In this document: positions 56,914 to 64,000 of the stretch, in pieces | Numbering within the stretch: the first letter of the stretch is position 1 | Layout: each line of letters opens with the position of its first letter | NCBI GenBank assembly: GCA_964474885.1 | Contig: CAYYWO010000001.1 | Span: forward strand, 82,619 to 146,618 | Reading direction: 5' to 3' | Length of the DNA stretch: 64,000 nucleotides | Source: Candidatus Hadarchaeota archaeon | GTDB taxonomy: Archaea; Hadarchaeota; Hadarchaeia; Hadarchaeales; JAWBSP01 | Notes under the pieces: generated by a model | What the model was told of the DNA's origin: nothing | The model's database searches: none | Seen by the model: only the letters and a program-made list of their open reading frames with translations | Program-made: the position numbers and the translations under genes

Positions 56914-57834
56914 TTACTCCAGCTCTATGTCTAGGTTGAGTTTCTCCGCTATTTCCTTGTATCGATTTCTTACCGTGACCTCAGTAACCCTAGCCACGTT
57001 CGCGATCTCCCGCTGGGTGCGCTTTTCACCACATAACACACAGGCGATGTAGAGGGCAGCGGCAGCCACACCTGTGGGCCCCCTGCCTGAGGTCAATCCA
57101 AACGGAGCGCACTTTTTGAGGATTTCTTGTGCCTTGGCGACAACCTCTCCAGACAGACCTAACTCAGCTGCGAACCTAGGTACGTAGTCCGAAGGGGAGC
57201 TGGCGGGGGTCTTCATCAGCTGCCTGATGATGAACCTATAGCTCCTGCCTATCTCCTTTTTGCTCACGCTCGAGACCTCGGCAATCTCGTCCAGCGTCCT
57301 GGGTATCTTGCATTGTCTGCATGCCGCGTACAGTGCAGCAGCAGCGACCCCCTCGATGGATCTACCCCTGATCAACCTCTCTTCGACCGCCTTCCGGTAA
57401 ATGTAGGAGGCAACTTCTTTCACGTCCTTGTGGAGGTTCAGGAGGCCGCACATGCGCTCTATTTCTCCTAGGGCGAAGGTCAGGTTCCTGTCCACCGCAT
57501 CCCCTATGCGGATTCTCCTCTGCCATTTCCTCAGCCGGTATATCTGCGCCCTGCGTCCGGCGGTCAGCTCCTTCCCGTAACTGTCCTTGTCTCTCCAATC
57601 GATCATAGTTGATAGTCCCTTGTCGTGAATGCTTAGAGTCATAGGGGCACCAGTCCTCCCCTTAGTTTTATCCCTTCCCATCATCCTCCAGTCCGGACCG
57701 GCATCTAGAAGCCGGTCGGTGATAACGTATCCACAGTTTGCGCAGACTACTTCTGCGTGCTCATAATCCCGTATTAGTCGTTTTCCCCCGCAGCGAGGAC
57801 AAACACTCTCTTCAGCTTCTGGAGCTCCTCTCAT
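56914..57834 (-). CDS. tfb: Transcription initiation factor IIB (TFB)
   Basis: 306 aa. Zinc ribbon '[26 protein letters not shown]', two cyclin-fold repeats. TATA-like 'TTTTAAGGA' about 30 nt upstream. Confidence 0.95.
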   Translation of the reverse strand: MRGAPEAEESVCPRCGGKRLIRDYEHAEVVCANCGYVITDRLLDAGPDWRMMGRDKTKGRTGAPMTLSIHDKGLSTMIDWRDKDSYGKELTAGRRAQIYRLRKWQRRIRIGDAVDRNLTFALGEIERMCGLLNLHKDVKEVASYIYRKAVEERLIRGRSIEGVAAAALYAACRQCKIPRTLDEIAEVSSVSKKEIGRSYRFIIRQLMKTPASSPSDYVPRFAAELGLSGEVVAKAQEILKKCAPFGLTSGRGPTGVAAAALYIACVLCGEKRTQREIANVARVTEVTVRNRYKEIAEKLNLDIELE

Positions 57835-57899
57835 TTGAATCCCCGACTAACAAAGTGACAGTAATCCTTAAAAGCTTTTCTGTTCGTCAATAGTTAAAC

Positions 57900-58121
57900 C
57901 TACCTAATGTATATAGTCTTGCCCACAAAATTCTTTAAATCTACTCCCTTGGCTCCCTTGATTCTCACATAGGGGTGTGAGACCGGGCCGAAGACGTCGA
58001 TGATGTTTCCTATCCTCTTCCCGTTCCGGTCAAAGATCGCTTGGCCCATTTTAGGTTCCACTTCAAACCTACCTACACCCCCGTTCGGTGTTATGTGTAG
58101 CAGTCTACCAGCTTTTTTCAT
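57900..58121 (-). CDS. gar1: H/ACA ribonucleoprotein complex subunit Gar1
   Basis: 73 aa. 'GRFEVEPKMGQAIFDRNGKRIGNIIDVFGPVSHPYVRIK' Gar1 beta-barrel. Conserved tfb-gar1 adjacency. Confidence 0.85.
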   Translation of the reverse strand: MKKAGRLLHITPNGGVGRFEVEPKMGQAIFDRNGKRIGNIIDVFGPVSHPYVRIKGAKGVDLKNFVGKTIYIR

Positions 58122-58495
58122 TCTATTAATACCGCGTTAACAACTGGCTCCTGCCCTGGTCTCCCTGTTACCCTGGCCTTGCCTATCTCAGTTTGAATTA
58201 TTGCTCCACGAGTAATAGTCTGGGTTCGTGTGAAGTCCCTACCCGCGGGGTTTTCAATCACCCGGAGGATCTTTGCTTTTCTTGTATTGCCTGAGGAATC
58301 AGAGACATTAGCATACTCAACCGAAAGAAGTCGCAACTTCATCCGGCCGCCCCTCACCCGCTTCTTCATCACCTTTTTGGGTCCAAGTCGCACAGGGACG
58401 AAATCCCCACCTATTTCTCTCTTTCTTTTCTTCCTCCACGGTCTGATGCGACCGCCACTGGGCTTCGTTAATGACCTCCCCTGCCAAGTTGCCAT
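58118..58495 (-). CDS. rps8e: 30S ribosomal protein S8e
   Basis: 125 aa. 'MATWQGRSLTKPSGGRIRPWRKKRKREIG' S8e N-terminus. 4-nt overlap with gar1. Confidence 0.85.
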   Translation of the reverse strand: MATWQGRSLTKPSGGRIRPWRKKRKREIGGDFVPVRLGPKKVMKKRVRGGRMKLRLLSVEYANVSDSSGNTRKAKILRVIENPAGRDFTRTQTITRGAIIQTEIGKARVTGRPGQEPVVNAVLIE

Positions 58496-58672
58496 TTTTG
58501 GATTGTTCCTTGGTCTAAATAATCAGATGCGGGTTTAGAGGCTAAACTGAAAGTAAATATGCCTAGGTGAAGCTGACTTGGGGTCCTTGGATAATCGATC
58601 GAATCTTTCGCGCCCGATTTGGGATCTTCGTTTGTGATGGCGGGTTAGTTTGAGAGCAAGAGCGAATGAGGA

Positions 58673-59380
58673 TTAAGCTAGCCCTATCGCTATCCAGTAA
58701 ACGCCCGTGTTCCAGACTGAGCCAGCCCCTCTTCCATCTTCCTGAACGTAAATACGGAAGGAGGTCGTAGTCACATCATACGCCTGGACCCAAATGTTCT
58801 CTGAGGTTTCGGCAGGATTTTCTAGCGTGAGCAGAACTGTTGGTTTTTGGGAGAAGGGCACCGGGAAGTTTATAGGAGCCGTGACCCCCTCGCCCGAGAG
58901 CCCAGTGGTGACACGTCCCCACTGAATCAACAGTGTACCGAACTTGGCATAATTTTCCTCGATTCCTGGCATCTCGAGTAGCTCGAGCGTCCCCTCTACT
59001 ATGAGGTCACCATTCACCCAGACTTTGTCCCACTGAAATCTAAACTTCTCGATTTGCCAGCTAACAGGTGGAGGTGTGTAAATATATCCACAAGGTGAGG
59101 TCATCCTCAGATTACCACTAATCTCAAGTTTCTCGGCTGGGTTTTGGACACCTATTCCCAGTTTTCCCTGGATGCCCAAGTTAGCCCCCACTTTGACCGT
59201 GTTTTCGATCAAGATTCTGCCTGAGCCTGATGAAAGTCTTAAGGTCAGATTCTTGCCGCAGTTCGGATTTGTTCCAACCGTAGTGTTTTCAAAGCAAATG
59301 TTCTCGTAGACAGTGCTGGGTCCCGAAAGTGAGACAGAAAGGATCAATAGCAGTCCAATCAGAAAAGCGGCACGCCTCAT
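58673..59380 (-). CDS. Secreted protein with C-terminal H-type-lectin-like domain (paralogue 3 of operon)
   Basis: Likely start 'MRRAAFLIGLLLILSVSLSG' (signal peptide). ORF track extends to 59422. Central 'LGIQGKLGIGVQNPAEKLEISGNLRM' tail-fibre-like motif. C-terminal 'LIQWGRVTTGLSGEGVTAPINFPVPFSQKPTVLLT...SFRIYVQ...VYWIAIG' matches the H_lectin pattern V.F...F...P.V...GF...W.A.G. Confidence 0.7.
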   Translation of the reverse strand: MRRAAFLIGLLLILSVSLSGPSTVYENICFENTTVGTNPNCGKNLTLRLSSGSGRILIENTVKVGANLGIQGKLGIGVQNPAEKLEISGNLRMTSPCGYIYTPPPVSWQIEKFRFQWDKVWVNGDLIVEGTLELLEMPGIEENYAKFGTLLIQWGRVTTGLSGEGVTAPINFPVPFSQKPTVLLTLENPAETSENIWVQAYDVTTTSFRIYVQEDGRGAGSVWNTGVYWIAIGLA

Positions 59381-60129
59381 GTTCCCTCCCCCACGGCTAT
59401 CCAGTTGATGAATACATCCCAAGAGTCGGATGGCGGGGAGATGTCACCGTCCCTTTGTTCCCACACTTTAAAGCCCCTTTTCGTAACAGAGGCAACCTGG
59501 ATCCAGTAATCAAAGGAGTTCGGGTCTAGGTAGTTCGTCACATCCGCCGTGACGGCCACGCTGGGAGTGCTCTTGAATTCCCGTGGGAAAGTTATGGAGT
59601 AGTAGCCTTCATCGCTCAATCCTGTTCTTTGTCTGCCCCACTGGAGGAGCAAGGGCCCTATTTTCACCCAGTAAGCCTCGCCGGAGGTGTTGACATTGTA
59701 CTTGCTCACCATGCCCTCCTCTTTGAAGCTAGTCATCAGGAGTCTCCCCAAAACGTTTAACCTGTGTATCTTCGTCCCTTCCCTCGAGACCGACAGCAGA
59801 ACCTCGTCCCAGTTACCGAGCATGGTGATCTCTCCGTAAATGAAAGAGTTTGGATTGGCAAATTTCACCTTCCCGCAAACTTCCAGCCCTTGAATGGTAC
59901 CCGTTGAGCCTATGCCCACCCTGCTCCCCGCGATTAGGTCGCCAGATATCGAGACAGAACTCTGTTCGATCTGCAGGACACCTGAGGGGGATGTCAGCCA
60001 GAGCCTAGGGGCTCGCAAGGTGGTGTTCTCGATGGAGATGTTCTCCCCGTCCACTTGGAACAGAGCATCTGAGAGCTTGACCATCAACAGCAGGCTGATT
60101 AAGCAGATGAGACAATATAACTTTCGCAT
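59377..60129 (-). CDS. Secreted protein with C-terminal H-type-lectin-like domain (paralogue 2 of operon)
   Basis: Likely start 'MRKLYCLICLISLLLMVKLSDA' at 60129, 2 nt after the stop of the giant gene. ORF track extends to 60171. 'VGIGSTGTIQGLEVCGKVKF' motif. C-terminal 'LLQWGRQRTGLSDEGYYSITFPREFKSTPSVAVT...GFKVWEQ...INWIAVG'. Stop overlaps the start of paralogue 3 (ATGA). Confidence 0.7.
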   Translation of the reverse strand: MRKLYCLICLISLLLMVKLSDALFQVDGENISIENTTLRAPRLWLTSPSGVLQIEQSSVSISGDLIAGSRVGIGSTGTIQGLEVCGKVKFANPNSFIYGEITMLGNWDEVLLSVSREGTKIHRLNVLGRLLMTSFKEEGMVSKYNVNTSGEAYWVKIGPLLLQWGRQRTGLSDEGYYSITFPREFKSTPSVAVTADVTNYLDPNSFDYWIQVASVTKRGFKVWEQRDGDISPPSDSWDVFINWIAVGEGT

Positions 60130-60131
60130 TT

Positions 60132-63100
60132 TCACCACCCTATTGCCATCCAGTGGATTGGAATGTCCCAATCCACCCCCGTGTTTACCTTATCCTGTTG
60201 CAACCATGCCTTGAAGCCCAGCGGGCTCACGTCATACACTTGGCAGACCCAGATGTTCTCTGCGGAGCTGGCAGTTTCTATCTCTGGCGTGACGATCACA
60301 ACGGGGAGGCAGTTGAAGGGTCTGGGGAAGCTGACTGAGAACCCACCCTCACTTGTTAGACCGCTTTTGATCTGCCCCCACTGAATGAGGAGACCTCCGA
60401 TCCGGATCCACCACCAGTTTTCATCCCCTCCGATATTCTCGGAATTCTCGAGAGATGCCTCTAGCCTCCTCACCTTGAGCGGGCCCAGCACAGGGTAAGA
60501 GGTATCGATGTATGGTATTCTGGCGAAAGTTTGTTCTTGTCCCACTTGGATCTCTTCAGGCTCCCATAAGGCAGGTTTCCTGCACCACAAATGCTGCTTG
60601 GGTATAGGGAAAGTAATACTCCCGCCTGGCTTGACCCATCCGAGCCCCAACCTCCATTCTCCCTCCCCTTGATTCCACTCGAGTCTCACTGGGACAGGGA
60701 CCGAGGCTACGAGGTCAACTTTACACTTGTGAAGTGTCGGGGGCTGGGGTCTCCATTGAGAAATGACCACCCTGTTGTTCTCATAAAGCTGACAGGCATC
60801 ATCGGTAGCTACGAGCAACTGGTAAGTACCGCTCTCTGGTGGGAGGAGCCAGCCCTCCCACCTCAGACTGAGATTTTGGGTGGCGTCCTCCCAAGAGTTT
60901 GTGCCCGGTTTTCTGGCCTCTATGATGACATCATCGACGGCGATCCAAGATTCCTCTGATCCACCGATCCCGGCTTGATCTTTCACATAAATGTACAGGC
61001 GTACGGCTGTCACGCTGGATCGGACGGTCATCTGCCCCTGCATCTGGTACCAGACTCCAGTAGAGACGGAGTGTGATCCAGACAAGTAACGTGAGCATAT
61101 GGTTTTCCACTCTGATCCCTCAAGCACCTCCAATCTGATTTCCTCTACATCTAGTTCTCCATCCCCTCCGTAGCAGTACCAAAGGGAACCCCTGACTTCG
61201 TATCCGGCTGGGATTTCAGTAGGCAGATCTTGGGACCAATAAGCGTATCCTATATACGTGGTGGTGCCATCCCATGGTCTGTCATATCCCCAAACTTTCA
61301 CGGAGCCGCTACCGTCACCTGTATGATCCTCGGTGGTCCAGCCTGGTTGCTTATCGGTTTCTCCCGGGTCTGAATGATCTCCCAGCACCCAATTATCTGG
61401 CTGTCCATCACCGTCCGTATCTGCCATTTTGCCATTTGTTGTTTTATTTTCCCAATCTCCAGCTTGATCAATTACCTCCAGACTCAAGTCGTCTACAAGT
61501 ATTGCGGAGACCTGACCATCACCATCATCCCTGACACCGATGTGGATCAAGAAGTTGTCTACTGTTCCGGTAGTAGTGTACTCCTTCTTGAAGAGATACC
61601 ACTTCTTGGTCGTTACAGAATGGCTTTCGTCGGTGCACCAACCCCAGCTCTCCCAGCTCCCGTCCTGTCTGATCTTGACTTGGACATTTTCGTAGTCTAG
61701 CTCCCCATCTCCTCGGTAACAGTACCAGAATTGTATCTTGATAGTCGTGTTCGGTGGAATTGGGCCGATGGACTGCCACCACTCCGCATCTTTTTGGGAA
61801 CCGTTTCCCGAGATGACACATAGACAAGCACTATTGTCAGCAGAGTGTTCCTGCCCGACCAAGGTAGCTAGACTGTCGTCTCCTGTTGTGTAGGTGACTT
61901 TCCAATCCCAGTCGGGGAGAACTGCGATGTCTTGAGCAAAGTTGCCGTTGACGATCCTTTCTTGTCCATCTGACAGCAGCGAAACACTGTCAATCCACAA
62001 CCAGTTATAGCGATCTCCCACTGAACCTCCATAGTCTTCCACATAGATGTATAATCGGACCCATTCTACCTCAGAGGAAGTAGTATAGCTACCTGTTGCG
62101 GATGTCCAGTCTGTCGCTCCACCGACCTCTCCACTGAATGAAGTCACGGTTGACCAGCTATCCCCATCCAGAACCTCCAACTTGATCGTGACTTGGTCGA
62201 ACTCCCCGTTCGTTGTCCAGTAGAATGAGCCGGACAGGGAGCTTCCTGCAGGGATGGGAGGAGAAATGAACTGTCTCAACTCCACTTCCTCATACTCTGT
62301 TTCAAGTGCTCCCGCCTGTACATCGATGGCAAAGGAGTGACTCCCATCACCATCGTGGTCCCGGTGATACTCAGTGTCGAAGTTCGATCCCTTGCTACAG
62401 CATACGCCAGGGGCCATCATGTCCTCAGGATCCACTCGGTACACGAACATGATCCAGTTGTTTGGGCGGATCTCTCCGTTTCTCAGGACTTCATGCGTCC
62501 CCTTGAAGGTGGCTGCAACTTTTTCGGTAGTCCCATAAGCGGGATTGTCTACTACGCCGCCGCATTTATTCGGGGCACCATAGACATCCGTTCCTCTGTA
62601 GGAGTCAAAGTTTGTTCCAGCGTAGTAAAAGTACCTCAGTCCTTCATCCATGGTCGCTTGGATGTTGTCCGATAATCGGGATTTCGTGGCCGAGGGATTG
62701 CCATAGTACATGTAGATTTTGGAGGGGGTTGAGGGAACGCGGATCCAGATCTTGGTAGAGGTCGTGTTTTTCCCAGATTCTACCCACCAGGGTATCTCGG
62801 TTCCGTCTCCTGTCACGAACCTGAGGTCGGAGAGATCTGGCTTCAGCTTTCCCTGGGAGATGAGGCTTTTTGTGTCGAGTGTGAGGAGCAGCTGAACATC
62901 GGGAGCGTTTCGCACTACGCTAGCTCCAGGCTCGGCGTATCTGACTTGGAGAACCGGGCGCTCACTTGTTGCCTCTCTAGAGTTGAACTCCGCCCAGACA
63001 CCATAGGCCCGCTCTGCCTCTATATCAGTCCGCATCATGAGGGATATCAGGTTGTCGGAGTCCAGCTCTCTCTGGACCAAGTCATAGGGGATGGCCCACT

Positions 63101-64000
63101 TTATCCATTCATCGACAGGGTTTTGTCCATCGTTCGGCCCATACCAGGTGACTGAACCTATAATGTTCTCTGAGGGATTGGGGTCTGTTCCATAGGGCTG
63201 ATTGTTCCAAGTTATCGTGGTCTCCTCCCAGCTGTCATCGCCACAGAAATGTAGAACGGCGGTGAATGAATCATCAGCCTTGTAGTCAGCCTCCGTGCAG
63301 TAGATCATGAACTTGGCTGAAAGGATGGTCGAGCCAGGAGGTATGGAGGATAGATCAAACCGGAGATATGAGCGGTGATCATTTCTCACGAAGAACCGAT
63401 AATATGATTCGACTCGGAGATCTGCGGTGGTTCCGTAATTTCCGTCCGGATCTCCCTCTCGGACCTTTGCATCGGCAACCGGTTCGAGTGTAACGGTTTT
63501 GCTGATACCACCACTCAGGAACATGAAGGTCTCGGGGATCTGGATGGCCCTCCTGAACGACCAGCCGTCCAAGTGCCATTCAGTGTTATCCATTTCTGCC
63601 CCTAGCCTCAAGTTTTCACCTATAATCCCCACATCTGGACCGCTGAGTTTCAGGTGTCCGTAAATCTCCAAGTTCTCTCTTATCGGAGTTCCCCAGTAGT
63701 AAGGTATGCCTATTCCAACCTTTCCTGAAACATATGAAACCTGTTCCGAACTGCCCAGCACATGAACGGAAGCCAGCAGATCCCTTAACTCGAAGTAGGT
63801 GACAACGAATCTGTTATAGTGGGTTGAGGAGGTTCTAGCCCCCACTCCAGCCAACTTTCCCAACTCCCGCGGGGCATCTGTAAAGGAAAGAATAAGATCT
63901 CCTTCGTAGTATACCTCAAACTCGCCCGAATAATATACCACCCTGAAGCTGTGCCACCCGTTGTTTATAGCGAGGTCGTTTTCTGCAAGGACATCGCCGT
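60132..64000 (-). CDS. Giant secreted multidomain lectin/adhesin-like protein (over 1290 aa; N-terminus outside window)
   Basis: Reading frame stays open past the ORF-track start, which is only a GTG at 63941, up to the window edge. Domain-like modules by eye: 'VGIGIPYYWGTPIRENLEIYGHLKL' tail-fibre-like motif; DNRLRE-like module 'YLRFDLSSIPPGSTILSAKFMIY...DSWEETTITWNNQP'; three about 150-aa repeats carrying 'GDGELDYENVQVKI' / 'GDGELDVEEIRLEV' / 'NGEFDQVTIKLEV'; PA14-like 'GTYQLLVATDDACQLYENNRVVISQW'; C-terminal H-type-lectin-like 'LLIQWGQIKSGLTSEGGFSVSFPRPFNCLPVVIVT...GFKAWLQ...IHWMAIGW'. Confidence 0.75.
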   Translation of the reverse strand, partial: GDVLAENDLAINNGWHSFRVVYYSGEFEVYYEGDLILSFTDAPRELGKLAGVGARTSSTHYNRFVVTYFELRDLLASVHVLGSSEQVSYVSGKVGIGIPYYWGTPIRENLEIYGHLKLSGPDVGIIGENLRLGAEMDNTEWHLDGWSFRRAIQIPETFMFLSGGISKTVTLEPVADAKVREGDPDGNYGTTADLRVESYYRFFVRNDHRSYLRFDLSSIPPGSTILSAKFMIYCTEADYKADDSFTAVLHFCGDDSWEETTITWNNQPYGTDPNPSENIIGSVTWYGPNDGQNPVDEWIKWAIPYDLVQRELDSDNLISLMMRTDIEAERAYGVWAEFNSREATSERPVLQVRYAEPGASVVRNAPDVQLLLTLDTKSLISQGKLKPDLSDLRFVTGDGTEIPWWVESGKNTTSTKIWIRVPSTPSKIYMYYGNPSATKSRLSDNIQATMDEGLRYFYYAGTNFDSYRGTDVYGAPNKCGGVVDNPAYGTTEKVAATFKGTHEVLRNGEIRPNNWIMFVYRVDPEDMMAPGVCCSKGSNFDTEYHRDHDGDGSHSFAIDVQAGALETEYEEVELRQFISPPIPAGSSLSGSFYWTTNGEFDQVTIKLEVLDGDSWSTVTSFSGEVGGATDWTSATGSYTTSSEVEWVRLYIYVEDYGGSVGDRYNWLWIDSVSLLSDGQERIVNGNFAQDIAVLPDWDWKVTYTTGDDSLATLVGQEHSADNSACLCVISGNGSQKDAEWWQSIGPIPPNTTIKIQFWYCYRGDGELDYENVQVKIRQDGSWESWGWCTDESHSVTTKKWYLFKKEYTTTGTVDNFLIHIGVRDDGDGQVSAILVDDLSLEVIDQAGDWENKTTNGKMADTDGDGQPDNWVLGDHSDPGETDKQPGWTTEDHTGDGSGSVKVWGYDRPWDGTTTYIGYAYWSQDLPTEIPAGYEVRGSLWYCYGGDGELDVEEIRLEVLEGSEWKTICSRYLSGSHSVSTGVWYQMQGQMTVRSSVTAVRLYIYVKDQAGIGGSEESWIAVDDVIIEARKPGTNSWEDATQNLSLRWEGWLLPPESGTYQLLVATDDACQLYENNRVVISQWRPQPPTLHKCKVDLVASVPVPVRLEWNQGEGEWRLGLGWVKPGGSITFPIPKQHLWCRKPALWEPEEIQVGQEQTFARIPYIDTSYPVLGPLKVRRLEASLENSENIGGDENWWWIRIGGLLIQWGQIKSGLTSEGGFSVSFPRPFNCLPVVIVTPEIETASSAENIWVCQVYDVSPLGFKAWLQQDKVNTGVDWDIPIHWMAIGW

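Noticed and set aside
58496-64000. Lectin/tail-fibre-like operon as part of an integrated virus
   Set aside because: No integrase, capsid, portal or terminase-like ORFs, no att-like repeats, and the flanking genes are core housekeeping (rps8e-gar1-tfb). Treated as a chromosomal surface-protein operon, although a viral origin of the domains is plausible.

Overview
Archaeal chromosomal segment of about 52% GC, mostly densely packed housekeeping genes on both strands. Archaeal hallmarks include TFB, EF-1alpha, an archaeal histone, Gar1, S8e, SecE/Sec61gamma, RFC, DtdA, and tRNAs with archaeal features including an initiator tRNA with an A1:U72 pair. Main recognisable blocks, in order: alaS (N-terminal part, runs off the window; the ORF track misses it because there is no in-window stop) tightly coupled to mre11-rad50 without herA/nurA. 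A divergent rfcL tightly coupled to an orphan methyltransferase. moaA-moeA. gatC-gatA-gatB coupled to a 5-formyl-THF cyclo-ligase-like gene. sufS. tRNA-Glu and tRNA-Arg. An STT3/AglB-like membrane protein. hisS. An inositol-lipid cluster (CDP-alcohol phosphatidyltransferase, PadR, inositol-1-phosphate synthase, PfkB kinase, MFS). A Ski2-like helicase. tRNA-Ile. The conserved dtdA-ftsZ-secE-nusG-L11-L1-L10-L12 block; secE is 54 aa and absent from the ORF track. A thermonuclease, histone, Trm5/Taw2, trxB, and a TctA plus secreted OB-fold operon. tRNAi-Met. A ThiI-like gene with a degenerate PP-loop. nadA, MOSC, and a CcdA/TlpA disulfide module. tRNA-Val and tRNA-Ser, then rps10-tuf. A purine cluster (purN-like, purD, purF, purH, purB), a second 5-FCL, pgi/pmi, trm1 and rlmE. 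A DUF123/GIY-YIG gene and a truncated MBL-fold remnant. tfb-gar1-rps8e. The most unusual content is at the 3' end, 58.6 to 64.0 kb. It is a tightly coupled three-gene minus-strand operon: two small ATGA-overlapping paralogues plus a giant protein of more than 1290 aa whose N-terminus lies outside the window. All three are predicted secreted proteins and share a C-terminal module of about 90 aa that looks like an H-type lectin domain, plus a tail-fibre-like 'GIG..P..LE..G' motif. The giant protein also carries DNRLRE-like and PA14-like modules and three internal beta-sandwich repeats. No CRISPR, rRNA, integrase or transposase was seen. All calls are from reading the sequence and ORF translations; no searches were run.
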